In this document: positions 37,434 to 47,640 of the stretch, piece by piece
How positions within the stretch are numbered: the first letter of the stretch is position 1
Layout: every line of letters starts with the position of its first letter
Assembly: GCA_965204725.1 (NCBI GenBank)
Contig: OZ242005.1
Coordinates: forward strand, 4,480,001-4,544,000
Direction: 5' to 3'
DNA: 64,000 nucleotides
Origin: Candidatus Latescibacterota bacterium
GTDB taxonomy: Bacteria; Latescibacterota; UBA2968; UBA8231
Position numbers and translations under genes: made by a program
The notes under the pieces: model-generated
Told to the model about the DNA's origin: nothing
Seen by the model: the letters and a program-made list of their open reading frames with translations, nothing else
Databases searched by the model: none

Positions 37434-37958
37434 GTGATTCGCCTTATGACTGTATTACGTTTTTTCACCCTACTGGCATTAGCGGCCCCGGGCTGGAGCC
37501 AGAACGTCGGCACGAAGTGGGATGTGCTTGAAGCCAGCGGCGTCGCCATTGCACGGTCGCCTATCACCATGACCTACAAGTTGGACGAAGAAGCCAAGGC
37601 GGTTAAAGGGCCTACGGGAGCAAGCATCTATGTGATCGGCCCGACGCCCAAGTACAATTATTGCTCCGTCGCCCTCCTCGTATCTGACGACGGTGAGTCG
37701 GCGCACGTGAGCAAAAGCCGACCGGTTAGTGCCGAATGGTGGGGTGCGACGGTGACGGCACAAAAAACCAGCCAGCATAGGCTTTTGCTTACTTCACAAA
37801 AGCCCATGATCAAAGACCCGGCGCAGTTTATCAAGAGGCTGAAAGCATACCGGGAAGTCGTTCTCACTTTCTACCTTGACAGCACCAAACAAACCCACGT
37901 TAGGGTTTCGCTGAAAGGCTCAACCAAAGCCATCAACCGCGCTTGCCAAACGCCTTGA
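37434..37958 (+). CDS. Hypothetical secreted protein
   Basis: Signal peptide LLALAAPGWSQ; C-term SLKGSTKAINRAC. Confidence 0.65.
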   Translation: MIRLMTVLRFFTLLALAAPGWSQNVGTKWDVLEASGVAIARSPITMTYKLDEEAKAVKGPTGASIYVIGPTPKYNYCSVALLVSDDGESAHVSKSRPVSAEWWGATVTAQKTSQHRLLLTSQKPMIKDPAQFIKRLKAYREVVLTFYLDSTKQTHVRVSLKGSTKAINRACQTP

Positions 37959-38107
37959 GTCGGAACGCTATATGGTCGGCTGCTGCTATCAAAACTCGTG
38001 CGCCCGACCTTAATCTCATAGAACACGAGTTCGTAGGGTCGTGCCTCTCATGCTACGACGACCGCTACTATTTGACGGCTGGATCCGAGCCGCCCGTCTT
38101 CGACTGC

Positions 38108-38168
38108 CGCAAACGCGCCTGATCTCCCAGCTTCTGGCGATGCGCTTTTCCTCGGTCGAATTCAAAAT
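38108..38168 (+). repeat. 61-bp direct repeat, right copy
   Basis: Identical to 35824-35884. Confidence 0.95.
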
Positions 38169-38733
38169 AGGTGCCGTCCGCACGGCCGATCTGCCCAAGG
38201 ATGGCTTGCCCGAAATCGCCTTAGTAGGCCGCTCCAATGTCGGCAAGTCCTCGCTGATCAACCGGCTGGTGCAGCGCAAGAAGTTGGCGCGCACCAGCAC
38301 CGTACCCGGCAAGACCCAGCAGTTAAATTACTACCTAGCCAACGGGCAGTTCTACTTGGTTGACTTGCCCGGCTACGGGTACGTGCGCGGCGGCGTGGGC
38401 TTGCGCTTGCAGCTCGGCCAGCTCATCCGCAGCTACATGGCCGATCGCGCGGCATTGTGTGCCGTGTTGCAGCTCGTCGATGCGCGGCACGGCCCCACCG
38501 ATTTGGACCGGCAGATGATTGACCATTTACGCACCCTCGACAAGCCCTTCCTGCTGGTCTTTACCAAGGCCGACAAACTGTCGCGCAGCAAGTTGCAGCA
38601 TCTGTTCGACCAACTCGATGCCCAAGGATCGCTCGCCGGCCTCTCTTTTGTACCCTTCTCGGCGGTCAGTGGCCGCGGGCAGAACGACATTGCGGGGTGG
38701 ATCGCCGAAGCACTGGGCGGCAACGCAACCTAA
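38140..38733 (+). CDS. engB: Ribosome biogenesis GTP-binding protein YihA/YsxC
   Basis: GRSNVGKSSLIN, PGKT, DLPGYG, TKADK. Confidence 0.95.
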   Translation: MRFSSVEFKIGAVRTADLPKDGLPEIALVGRSNVGKSSLINRLVQRKKLARTSTVPGKTQQLNYYLANGQFYLVDLPGYGYVRGGVGLRLQLGQLIRSYMADRAALCAVLQLVDARHGPTDLDRQMIDHLRTLDKPFLLVFTKADKLSRSKLQHLFDQLDAQGSLAGLSFVPFSAVSGRGQNDIAGWIAEALGGNAT

Positions 38734-38741
38734 AGAGGACC

Positions 38742-40322
38742 ATGAAAGTACTGATCAGCGACAAGATGGACCCGCGCTGCGTCGAGATTCTCCAAGCCAA
38801 TGCCGGGGTCACAGTGGACGTGTGTAGTGGGTTATCGCCGAGCGCACTCATAGACTGCATCGGCCACTACGAGGGCCTCGTCGTGCGCAGCGCGACCAAA
38901 GTGACGGCCGAGGTGCTCGCCGCCGCGTCGCGCCTGCGGGTCATTGGCCGCGCCGGCACCGGCTTCGACAACATCGACGTACAGGCGGCAACGCGCCACG
39001 GCGTCATCGTCATGAATACCCCAGGCGGCAATTCTCTATCGACCGCCGAGCACACTTTCGCGCTCATAGCCTCCTTGGCGCGGCATGTCCCACAAGCGAC
39101 GGCCTCGCTTAAAAAGGGGTTGTGGGAACGGAGCCAATTCGTCGGCGTCGAGCTCGCGGGCAAGACCCTCGCCGTGATCGGCTTGGGCCAAGTGGGGCGC
39201 GAAGTGGCGGCCCGCGCGGCGGCCTTTCAGATGCAGGTCCTCGGCTACGATCCCTATATCGGCCAAGAGGTCGCCCTTTCCTGCGGCGCACAACTCGCGT
39301 CCCTTGACGACATCTACGCCACCGCGGATTTCATCACCGTCCACACCCATCTCAACGACCAAACCCGGCACCTGATTTCCGACGCCGAGATCGCCCAGTG
39401 CAAAGCCGGAGTCTATCTAATCAACTGCGCCCGCGGCGGCATCCTCGACGAGCACGCCCTCCTGCGCGGCTTGCACTCGGGCCAGGTCGCCGGCGCCGCC
39501 TTAGATGTCTTTGAGGAGGAGCCGCCGACGCTCGTGGACCTCTTGGTTGACGAGCGCGTGATCTGCACACCGCATTTGGCGGCCTCCACCAAAGAAGCCC
39601 AAGCCAATGTCGCCTTGCAGGTCGCCGAGCAGGTCGGCGACGTGCTAATGGGCCGCGTCATTCGCAACGCGGTCAACGCCCCTTCGGTCGATCCTGAAAC
39701 CCACGGCAAACTACAGCCGTACCTCGTGCTGGCCGAGCGGCTAGGTCGCCTGCAAGCCCAACTCGGCGTGGGCCAGCTAGAGCGCATCACCATCGAATAC
39801 CAAGGGGCCGTCACCGCCTACCCGACCTCGCCGCTGACCTCGGCCGTCCTCAAGGGCATTATGGAGACCGTGTCGGAAGCGTCCGTCAATGTGGTCAACG
39901 CGCTGCTTTTCGCGCAGGAGCGCGGCGTGCAAGTCGATGAGCGGCTCAATAGCGAGCACGAGGATTACGCCAGTCTCATCACGGTGGTATATCACACCAA
40001 CCTAGGGCAGCGCCTGCTCGCCGGCACGCTCTTTGGCAAGAGCGACCCGCGCCTCGTGCGCCTCGACGAGTACAGCTTCGACGCCGCCCCAGAGGGACAC
40101 ATGCTCTTTTACGTCAACGACGACGTGCCGGGGATCATCGGCCAAATCGGCACGGTCATGGGGACTCACAAGGTCAACATCGCCCAAATGTCGTGCGGGC
40201 GTCGCCAAATGGGTGGCCAAGCACTGACCATCCTCAACGTCGATGACCCCATCACCGCCGACGTAGTTGACGATATTCTCTCCCGGGAGTACATCTCCTG
40301 GGCCAAACAAGTCAGTCTTTAA
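38742..40322 (+). CDS. serA: D-3-phosphoglycerate dehydrogenase
   Basis: VVRSATKV, GRAGTG.DNID, GLGQVG, INCARGG, TPHLAAST; ASB and ACT domains. Confidence 0.96.
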   Translation: MKVLISDKMDPRCVEILQANAGVTVDVCSGLSPSALIDCIGHYEGLVVRSATKVTAEVLAAASRLRVIGRAGTGFDNIDVQAATRHGVIVMNTPGGNSLSTAEHTFALIASLARHVPQATASLKKGLWERSQFVGVELAGKTLAVIGLGQVGREVAARAAAFQMQVLGYDPYIGQEVALSCGAQLASLDDIYATADFITVHTHLNDQTRHLISDAEIAQCKAGVYLINCARGGILDEHALLRGLHSGQVAGAALDVFEEEPPTLVDLLVDERVICTPHLAASTKEAQANVALQVAEQVGDVLMGRVIRNAVNAPSVDPETHGKLQPYLVLAERLGRLQAQLGVGQLERITIEYQGAVTAYPTSPLTSAVLKGIMETVSEASVNVVNALLFAQERGVQVDERLNSEHEDYASLITVVYHTNLGQRLLAGTLFGKSDPRLVRLDEYSFDAAPEGHMLFYVNDDVPGIIGQIGTVMGTHKVNIAQMSCGRRQMGGQALTILNVDDPITADVVDDILSREYISWAKQVSL

Positions 40323-40337
40323 GCACGGGAGTACGCA

Positions 40338-41615
40338 ATGCCCGCGAAAATAGTATTAGGAACGCAGTGGGGCGACGAAGGCAAGGCCAAGGTCGTTGAT
40401 TACCTCACGCCCGCAGCCGATGTGGTGGTGCGCTATCAGGGGGGGGCTAACGCCGGCCACACGGTCATCGCCGCCGATACGGAATTCATCTTCCACACCA
40501 TTCCCTCGGGCATCATGCACGAGGATAAAATCTGCGTGGTGGGCAACGGAGTGGTCGTCGACCCAGCTACTATGCTCCATGAGATCGCCGGGCTGGAGGC
40601 CAAGGGTTTTTCAGTGGCCGGCCGCTTCTTCGTCAGCCAAGTGGCCCACGTCGTACTGCCCTACCACAAGGTCTTGGAAAAGGCCGGAGAAGAGAGCGAA
40701 AACGGCGTCGCCATCGGCACGACTCTCCGCGGCATCGGCCCGGCTTATCGCGACAAGGTTGAGCGCAGCCACGGGGTGCGCGTCATGGATTTGTGCGACC
40801 CGGCGCGGTTGCGCGACAAACTCCGGGCCAGCATCTGCGCCAAAAACGAAATCCTGACCAAGGTATTCGGCCAAGAGCCGCTCGAAGCCGCCCCCATCAT
40901 CGACGCGTACATCGGCTATGGCGAGCAGATCGCCCCTTATGTCGTCGATACCTCGGTCCTGCTCAACCGGGCCCTTGACCAAGGCCAAACGGTCCTTTGC
41001 GAAGGAGCGCAAGGAACCTTGCTCGACATCGACCACGGGACCTATCCCTACGTAACCTCCTCAAACACCACGGCGGGTGGGGCCTGCACCGGTGCTGGCA
41101 TCGGCCCGACGCGGGTCACCGAGGTCGTCGGCGTGGCCAAAGCGTACACCACGCGGGTCGGCAACGGGCCTTTTCCCACGGAGTTACTCGGGGAAGAAGG
41201 CGAGCGGTTGCGCCGCTTGGGCCGCGAGTTCGGTGCCACTACGGGCCGGCCGCGGCGCTGCGGCTGGTTCGACGCCGCCATTTTGCGGGTCTCGGCCCGC
41301 ATCAACGGCCTGACCAGCATCGCCCTGACCCGACTCGACGTCCTCGACCAATGCGACCGTCTCAAGCTGGGCATTGGCTACCGCTGCGGCGACCAAGTGT
41401 TGGAGGAATTTCCCGCCGACCCGCAGGTCCTCGACCAATGCGAACCGATTTACGAAGAAATGCCGGGCTGGCGCACTCCGACTACTGCTGCCCGCTGTTT
41501 TGACGACCTGCCCCGGCCGGCGCAGGCTTATGTAAAGCGGATCGCCGAACTGAGCCGAGCGTCGGTCTCCCTGATTTCCGTCGGGCCGGAGCGCGAAGCC
41601 ACCATCGACATTTAA
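40338..41615 (+). CDS. purA: Adenylosuccinate synthetase
   Basis: QWGDEGKAK, GGANAGHT, EGAQG, GATTGRPRRCGWFD. Confidence 0.97.
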   Translation: MPAKIVLGTQWGDEGKAKVVDYLTPAADVVVRYQGGANAGHTVIAADTEFIFHTIPSGIMHEDKICVVGNGVVVDPATMLHEIAGLEAKGFSVAGRFFVSQVAHVVLPYHKVLEKAGEESENGVAIGTTLRGIGPAYRDKVERSHGVRVMDLCDPARLRDKLRASICAKNEILTKVFGQEPLEAAPIIDAYIGYGEQIAPYVVDTSVLLNRALDQGQTVLCEGAQGTLLDIDHGTYPYVTSSNTTAGGACTGAGIGPTRVTEVVGVAKAYTTRVGNGPFPTELLGEEGERLRRLGREFGATTGRPRRCGWFDAAILRVSARINGLTSIALTRLDVLDQCDRLKLGIGYRCGDQVLEEFPADPQVLDQCEPIYEEMPGWRTPTTAARCFDDLPRPAQAYVKRIAELSRASVSLISVGPEREATIDI

Positions 41616-41616
41616 T

Positions 41617-42531
41617 ATGCTCCTCAAGGGCCGTTCCGCATCAAAGCCGCGCACCTTGCGCCGCCTCATCGCCGAAAAAACCTTGGCCTTGCCCGGGGCC
41701 TTTAACGCGCCCGTGGCCATGCTGGCCGAGCGCACTGGGTTTGAGGCCGTGTACATTTCTGGGGCTGGGCTGGCCAACGGCACGGCCGGCTACCCGGATG
41801 TCGGCCTGTTGGGCCTAGACGAAATGGCGCGCCAAGCCGGCTACATTGCCAACGCCGTGCAAGTGCCCTGTATATGTGACGCAGACACCGGGTTTGGCGA
41901 GGTCTGGCAGGTGATGCGCACGGTGCGTACTTATGAGCGCGAGGGCTTGGCCGGGTTGCACTTAGAGGACCAAGTCATGCCCAAACGCTGCGGCCACCTC
42001 GACGGCAAGGCCCTGATCGGGGCGGCGGACATGGAGCGCAAAATCGCCGCTGCTTGCGCGGCACGGCAAGACCCGGACTTTTTGATCATCGCCCGCTGCG
42101 ATGCCCGCGCTGTCGAGGGGTTTGAGCAGAGCGTCGAGCGCGGCCAACGCTACTTGGCAGCCGGCGCGGACGCGGTCTTTCCCGAAGCCATGCAGAGCCG
42201 CGAGGAATTTGCCCGCTACGCCGAGCAAGTCCAAGGCCCGCTCCTCGCCAACATGACCGAATTCGGCAAATCGCCGCACCTGTCGGTCGCGGAGTTCGCC
42301 GCCCTCGGCTATCGCCTCGTGATCTTTCCGATGAGCGCGTTCCGCACCATGATGAAGGCCGTCGAAGGACTGTTCCGCGAACTCAAGGAAAAGGGCACTT
42401 TAGAAGGTGCCCTCGGGCAGATGCAGACGCGGGACGAGCTCTACGAGCTGCTCGGCTACGACGAGTACACCGAGCTAGACGTGGCGTTGGCCGCCCGCTT
42501 TCCAACACTTCCCATAGAGAGACCCCAATGA
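41617..42531 (+). CDS. prpB: Methylisocitrate lyase
   Basis: DADTGFG, EDQVMPKRCGHL, LLANMTEFGKSP. Confidence 0.93.
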   Translation: MLLKGRSASKPRTLRRLIAEKTLALPGAFNAPVAMLAERTGFEAVYISGAGLANGTAGYPDVGLLGLDEMARQAGYIANAVQVPCICDADTGFGEVWQVMRTVRTYEREGLAGLHLEDQVMPKRCGHLDGKALIGAADMERKIAAACAARQDPDFLIIARCDARAVEGFEQSVERGQRYLAAGADAVFPEAMQSREEFARYAEQVQGPLLANMTEFGKSPHLSVAEFAALGYRLVIFPMSAFRTMMKAVEGLFRELKEKGTLEGALGQMQTRDELYELLGYDEYTELDVALAARFPTLPIERPQ

Positions 42532-43658
42532 CCGATCAATCCTATAGCCCCGGCCTCGAAGGCGTCATCGCCGGCGAGTCCGCCCTTTCGCGCATCGATG
42601 TCGAAATCAACCGCCTAATCCTGTACGGGTACGACCTCGTGGAGCTAACCGAAAACGCCTGCTACGAAGAGGTCGCTTACTTGCTGCTCTACGGCGAGTT
42701 GCCAACCGTTGCCGAGCTGGCGGCGTTCAACCAACAACTGCGCTCGCAGCGCGACCTGCCCGGCCCGGTGATCGAGCTGTTGCGCTCCGCTCCGGCGGAC
42801 GCCCATCCGATGGACCTGCTGCGCACGGCCGTGTCGGCACTGGCGTTTTTCGACGCTGAGACCCGCGACAATTCCCATCAGGCCAACGTGCGCAAGGCCG
42901 TGCGCCTGCTGGCCAAAATTCCCACCGCCCTCGCCTATGGCTATCGCTTCTCGCAAAACCTCGCGCCCATCGCCCCCAGCACCGAGCTGGACCACGCGGC
43001 CAATTTGCTCTTTATGCTGCGCGGCGAACAACCGCCCGCGTACGAAGTGGAGGCTCTGAACGTCTCCCTGATACTCTACGCCGAGCATGGGTACAACGCC
43101 TCGGCGTTTACCGGGCGGGTGGTGGCCTCGACCTTGGCCGATCTCTACGCGGCCGTGACCGCGGCCATCGCCGCCCTGCACGGCCCCCTGCACGGCGGTG
43201 CCAACGAGGCGGCCATGCAGATGCTGTTGGAGGTGGGTTCGCCCGCAGCGGCCGAGCAGTGGGTCCTCGACTCGCTGGCGCAAAAGAAGAAGATCATGGG
43301 CTTTGGCCATCGGGAGTACAAAAGCGGCGACTCGCGGGTGCCGACGATGAAGAAGGTGGGCCGTCAGGTTGCCGCGGCCGTTGGCGACACTAAGTGGCCC
43401 GACCTAGCCGATGTGGTCGAAGCGACGATGATGCGCGAAAAAGGAATCTTCCCCAATGTCGATTTCCCCTGCGCGTACACCTACTACATGATGGGCATTC
43501 CGATTCCGCTCTACACGCCCATCTTTGTGGCCAGCCGCGTGGTGGGCTGGGCGGCGCACGTGATTGAACAGCACGACGCCAATCGGCTCATTCGCCCCAA
43601 CCACATCTACACCGGGCCGGAACACCGCGCATTTGTCGCGCTCGACGAGCGGGGCTAA
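42528..43658 (+). CDS. prpC: 2-methylcitrate synthase/citrate synthase
   Basis: GLEGV, YAEH, GPLHGGANE, MGFGHR, PNVDF; follows prpB. Confidence 0.88.
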   Translation: MTDQSYSPGLEGVIAGESALSRIDVEINRLILYGYDLVELTENACYEEVAYLLLYGELPTVAELAAFNQQLRSQRDLPGPVIELLRSAPADAHPMDLLRTAVSALAFFDAETRDNSHQANVRKAVRLLAKIPTALAYGYRFSQNLAPIAPSTELDHAANLLFMLRGEQPPAYEVEALNVSLILYAEHGYNASAFTGRVVASTLADLYAAVTAAIAALHGPLHGGANEAAMQMLLEVGSPAAAEQWVLDSLAQKKKIMGFGHREYKSGDSRVPTMKKVGRQVAAAVGDTKWPDLADVVEATMMREKGIFPNVDFPCAYTYYMMGIPIPLYTPIFVASRVVGWAAHVIEQHDANRLIRPNHIYTGPEHRAFVALDERG

Positions 43659-43660
43659 CC

Positions 43661-44185
43661 TCAGCCGCGCACGGCCAGCAACCAAGACCGCACCTCGAGC
43701 AAGAAACGCTGCACTTCATCGCCCCGGTAGTCGGGATACGTCCATTCCAGGGGCCGGTAGCGTCCCCGCTGATAGAGCAAGGTCACCTCGGCGTAGAGTT
43801 GCGGGGCAATGCACACTCGGTGGCCAGCACACTTGGTCGTAGCCAACACCAAGCTCTCGATTGAGAGCAGCCCTGGGTCGATATTGGCGCGGCGGCCCCG
43901 CCCTTGGCTCATCGCCCGCTCCAGTGCCATGGTCTGCGCCTTGACGGCCGCCAGCTCGGCCGGGTCAATCCGCTCGGCAAAGCACACGAGCTGTTTGCGG
44001 AGTCCTGCGCCCATTTCCGCTTCGTAGTACGAGGTAAAATCAAAATTATAGGTCGCACTTGCCGCCCGCAGGGGGCCGAAGCATTCGGCGAGGCGTTCTT
44101 TGGCGTCGGCGAGCGTCTCTACAGAATCCGCTAATACCGCGCAGACTCGTACGACGGGCGTGGAGGGTTGGAGATCAATGGGCAT
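43661..44185 (-). CDS. DUF4416-family protein
   Basis: FDFTSYYEAEMG, RRANIDPG, LATTK, WTYPDY. Confidence 0.8.
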   Translation of the reverse strand: MPIDLQPSTPVVRVCAVLADSVETLADAKERLAECFGPLRAASATYNFDFTSYYEAEMGAGLRKQLVCFAERIDPAELAAVKAQTMALERAMSQGRGRRANIDPGLLSIESLVLATTKCAGHRVCIAPQLYAEVTLLYQRGRYRPLEWTYPDYRGDEVQRFLLEVRSWLLAVRG

Positions 44186-44287
44186 CTTGCAACAAAGGGC
44201 CAAGGACCCAATCGCGTCAATTTCTGTGACGGGATTGCTTTGCTATTTTATCGCCGCGGCTCCCACCTTCATTCAGGAAAGGCCATT

Positions 44288-45346
44288 ATGCGCATAGAAG
44301 ACCTCGATACACCTGCCCTCCTCGTCGATCTCGATGGCTTGGAGGACAACCTTGACCGCTATCAACGCTACTTTGACGAGCACGGCATTGGCTTGCGGCC
44401 CCACATCAAAACCCACAAGTGCGTGGCCATTGCCCATCTGCAAATGCGGCGCGGCGCGATCGGCATCACCTGCCAGAAGCTCGGGGAGGCCGAGGTCATG
44501 GCGGCGGGCGGGGTCGGTCGCGACATTCTGATTCCCTACAACATCATCGGCGCACAAAAACTGGCGCGGCTGGTCGCGCTGGCGCGGCAAACCCGGCTAA
44601 CGGTGGCAGCCGATTCCGCATACACCGTGCAGGGGCTGGCCGAGGCCACCGCGGAAGCGGGGGTCACCTTGGGCGTGGTCGTCGAACTCGATCGCGGTCG
44701 CACGGGCGTAGGCTCGCCCGCGGCCGCGGTCGCCCTAGGCGAAAAAATTGATCAGGCCCCCAACCTCGAGCTCCGAGGCATCATGTCCATGCCAGCGACT
44801 CCAGACATGCGACCGCTCATCCAAGAGACGTTAGCGCATTTCGACCGCAAGGGCCTGCCGCATCCCATAGTCAGCGGCGGCAGTACGCCGGGTGCATTTA
44901 TGGCGCACGAGATTCCCGAACTGACCGAGTACCGAGCCGGCGAGTACCCAGTCGGTGGCGTCGGCCATCTCCGCAGAGGCACTCACAGCGTCGATCAGTG
45001 CGCTGGCCGGGTGCTGATGACCGTGGTCAGCCGACCGGCTGCGGACCGCGCCATCCTCGATGGGGGCAGCAAGTCGCTCAGCGCAGCGGTTCATCGTGCG
45101 GAGGACGGCTCGTCCATCATGGGCCACATCGTCGAGTACCCTCAAGCTGTCTTCTGCGGGGCCTCGGAGGAGCACGGGCAGGTCGATCTATCGGCCTGCG
45201 ACGACGAGCTCCAAATCGGCGAACAGGTGCAGGTCTTGCCCGTTCATCCCTGTCCCTGCTTCAACGAACACGACCAGATCTTTGCCGTGCGCGGCGGCCG
45301 AGTGGAAGCCGTCTGGCCGGTGGACGCCCGCGGGCAGATACGCTGA
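44288..45346 (+). CDS. PLP-dependent D-threonine aldolase/D-serine dehydratase-like (alanine racemase fold) enzyme
   Basis: DTPALLVD, LRPHIKTHK, SGGSTP, DGGSKSL, SEEHG, PVHPC. Confidence 0.88.
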   Translation: MRIEDLDTPALLVDLDGLEDNLDRYQRYFDEHGIGLRPHIKTHKCVAIAHLQMRRGAIGITCQKLGEAEVMAAGGVGRDILIPYNIIGAQKLARLVALARQTRLTVAADSAYTVQGLAEATAEAGVTLGVVVELDRGRTGVGSPAAAVALGEKIDQAPNLELRGIMSMPATPDMRPLIQETLAHFDRKGLPHPIVSGGSTPGAFMAHEIPELTEYRAGEYPVGGVGHLRRGTHSVDQCAGRVLMTVVSRPAADRAILDGGSKSLSAAVHRAEDGSSIMGHIVEYPQAVFCGASEEHGQVDLSACDDELQIGEQVQVLPVHPCPCFNEHDQIFAVRGGRVEAVWPVDARGQIR

Positions 45347-45358
45347 AAGGAGCGAATT

Positions 45359-46063
45359 GTGGATTTTGCCGCACTGAGCGAAAAATTACAAATGGCGAGC
45401 ACGGCGACCCTGACGTCCGTGCTCCGCAACAAGGGACTGCACAACACCTTTATGCACCAAGTCGCGCCCCTCAAGCCCGACATGCAGATGGTCGGCCGGG
45501 CCTTTACCCTGCGCTACATACCGGCGCGCGAAGACCTCGACGAAGGGCCGATAGACAACCTGAAAGACGTGCAGCGGATCGGCATTGAGCAGGTGACCGC
45601 CGGGGCCGTGTTCGTCATTGATGCACGCGGCGACACCCGGGCCGGGACTATGGGGTCCATCCTAGCGGCGCGGCTGCAAGTGCGGGGCTGCGCGGGCATC
45701 GTCACCGATGGGGCCTACCGCGACTCCCCGACCATTGCCGCGTCGGGATTGCCCGCATACTCGGCAGCCATGAACGCCCACACTAACAAAACCATCCACC
45801 ACCCCAGCGAAATCCAAGTGCCCATTGCCTGCGGCAGCGTGGCGGTCTTCCCCGGCGATGTCCTCGTCGGCGATGGTGAAGGGGTCGTGGTCATCCCGGC
45901 GCATCTAGCCGAGGAGGTCGCTGTCGAGGCCATGGCGATGGAAGAAAAGGAGCGCTTCATCGCAGAGAAAATCCGCGCCGGAGCCAGTATCGTCGGCACC
46001 TATCCCCCCGATGAGCAGACCTTGGCCGAATACCAAGCCTCGAAAACAAGCCAATCCACCTAA
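45359..46063 (+). CDS. RraA/HMG-aldolase family protein
   Basis: GRAFTLRYIPARED, GIVTDGAYRD, VFPGDVLVGDGEGVVVIP. Confidence 0.88.
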   Translation: MDFAALSEKLQMASTATLTSVLRNKGLHNTFMHQVAPLKPDMQMVGRAFTLRYIPAREDLDEGPIDNLKDVQRIGIEQVTAGAVFVIDARGDTRAGTMGSILAARLQVRGCAGIVTDGAYRDSPTIAASGLPAYSAAMNAHTNKTIHHPSEIQVPIACGSVAVFPGDVLVGDGEGVVVIPAHLAEEVAVEAMAMEEKERFIAEKIRAGASIVGTYPPDEQTLAEYQASKTSQST

Positions 46064-46146
46064 GTACGCGACACTTGCGTTGCGTAGGCATTTTCTGACG
46101 TTGCCGCCCTCGGCGAGGGCAAGATGCCCTCGATCCTTGTACTTAG
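46059..46146. mobile_element. Short MITE-like copy between convergent genes
   Basis: CTAAGTAC...GTACTTAG termini; aligns in reverse with 18849-18955 with an internal deletion. Confidence 0.7.
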
Positions 46147-47483
46147 CCCAGCCGGCGGCGCAAACAGCGCGCTAGATCGGCGACCCTAGCCGGATCGGTG
46201 GCGGCGATGTTGTGCAACTCGTCGGGGTCCTGCTCAAGGTCGTAGAGTTCGTCGCAGTCGTTGTAATTCTCAATGTATTTGTGGGTAGCCGTGCGAATGC
46301 AGCGGAAGTTGTGCAGGGCGGCGACGGTCGCTTGGCGGTGCGCGTCGGTCTGAGCGGCGAGGATCGGTTGCAGCGAGCGGGCATCCACGTTTTGCTGCGG
46401 CGTTAGCCCGGCGAAATCGCATATCGTGGCATTGAGGTCGATGAGTTCGCACAGCGCGTCACAGACGCGGCCCCCGGCAATATCCGGCCCGGCCATGATC
46501 AGGGGTATGCGCAAGCTGGCCTCGTAGGCCGCGCTCTTGGTGTACAGCCCGTGGTCGCCGAGCAGCTCGCCGTGGTCGGAAGAGAAGATGATGTAGGTGT
46601 TGTCGAGCTGACCGCGTTTTTCGAGTGCGTTGAGGATCTGGCCGATCTGGTCGTCAATAAGTTCGATGGCAGCGCAGTACTGGCGACGGGTTTGGGTGAT
46701 TTGGTCGGGCGTGAAGTCGGCGGCGCGTTGCTTGATCCACTCGGGTTTGCCGGCGAGGGAGCCGCTGATGGCCGGGGGCATGGCCGCGTTGCGATAGCGG
46801 TCGCCGTATTTGGCAGGCGGGTCAAAGGGATCGTGCGGGCCGACGAAGCTGACGAAGTAGTGCCAAGGAAAATCGTCGGGCACATTGGCAATCCACTCGG
46901 CAGCGCGACGGCCAATATAAGCGTCCTCAAAGTCCTCGCTGGCCAGCGGCGAATCGCGGCAGTCGGCAACCCAGCCCGCCGCGGCGCGTTGCCGATAGTC
47001 TTGGTGAAACGTAGCCAACTGCCCTTTGGCGGCTAGGTAGTGCGTATAGGGGCCAATCGGCGTGGGCGAGGAGCCGGCGTGCATTTTGCCCTCGCATTCC
47101 TCTGGATGGGTAAAGCCCCAGCTATAGGCATAAGGTCGGTCGCCGTAGCGGCCATTGTAGCCGTCGGATTTGCGGAGGTCGAGCTTGCCGACGCAGCCGA
47201 CGCGGTAGCCAGAGTCGCGCAGTCGCTGATAGTACGTGGTAGTGCCCAAGGGCAGCCGCCCCAAATTGCCTAGGCAGCCGAGACGGCTCGGTTGCAAGCC
47301 AGAGGCCAAGCCGATCCGCGCTGGGGCGCAGATGGGTGCGTTGGTCGTGCATTGGGTAAAGCGGACGCCCGCGGCCGCGAGGCGATCGAGGTGGGGCGTC
47401 CGCACGAAATCGGCACCGGCCGCGCCGAGGTAGTCGTGGCGGTGCTGATCATCCATGATGAAGAGTATATTGGGACGAGGCAT
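46143..47483 (-). CDS. Formylglycine-type sulfatase
   Basis: PNILFIMDDQH, CAPAR (CxPxR), GPHDP, SDHG, ELYDL..DP.E. Confidence 0.92.
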   Translation of the reverse strand: MPRPNILFIMDDQHRHDYLGAAGADFVRTPHLDRLAAAGVRFTQCTTNAPICAPARIGLASGLQPSRLGCLGNLGRLPLGTTTYYQRLRDSGYRVGCVGKLDLRKSDGYNGRYGDRPYAYSWGFTHPEECEGKMHAGSSPTPIGPYTHYLAAKGQLATFHQDYRQRAAAGWVADCRDSPLASEDFEDAYIGRRAAEWIANVPDDFPWHYFVSFVGPHDPFDPPAKYGDRYRNAAMPPAISGSLAGKPEWIKQRAADFTPDQITQTRRQYCAAIELIDDQIGQILNALEKRGQLDNTYIIFSSDHGELLGDHGLYTKSAAYEASLRIPLIMAGPDIAGGRVCDALCELIDLNATICDFAGLTPQQNVDARSLQPILAAQTDAHRQATVAALHNFRCIRTATHKYIENYNDCDELYDLEQDPDELHNIAATDPARVADLARCLRRRLG

Positions 47484-47640
47484 TGGGCGTTCCTTGGGGT
47501 TTAGGCGTTGGACGTGCGAGTCCAGCCCAATCTATCCAGCCGCCAGTCTCGCTTCAAGGGCGGCCATTGTGCGGCGACCCAAGCGGGCGGATATTGAAAG
47601 AGCGCACTCTCGTTCAGATTGCAGCAAAGGAGAGATATAA

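Larger units (their letters stand above)
35885..38107. mobile_element. Genomic islet inserted between clpX and engB
   Basis: Flanked by 61-bp direct repeats; visibly lower-GC cargo; interrupts the usual clpX-engB adjacency. Confidence 0.75.

Noticed and set aside
37990-38122. APDLNLIEH resembling the IS630 'SPDLNPIE' motif
   Set aside because: Only about 9 residues, with no other transposase motif or ends; may be chance
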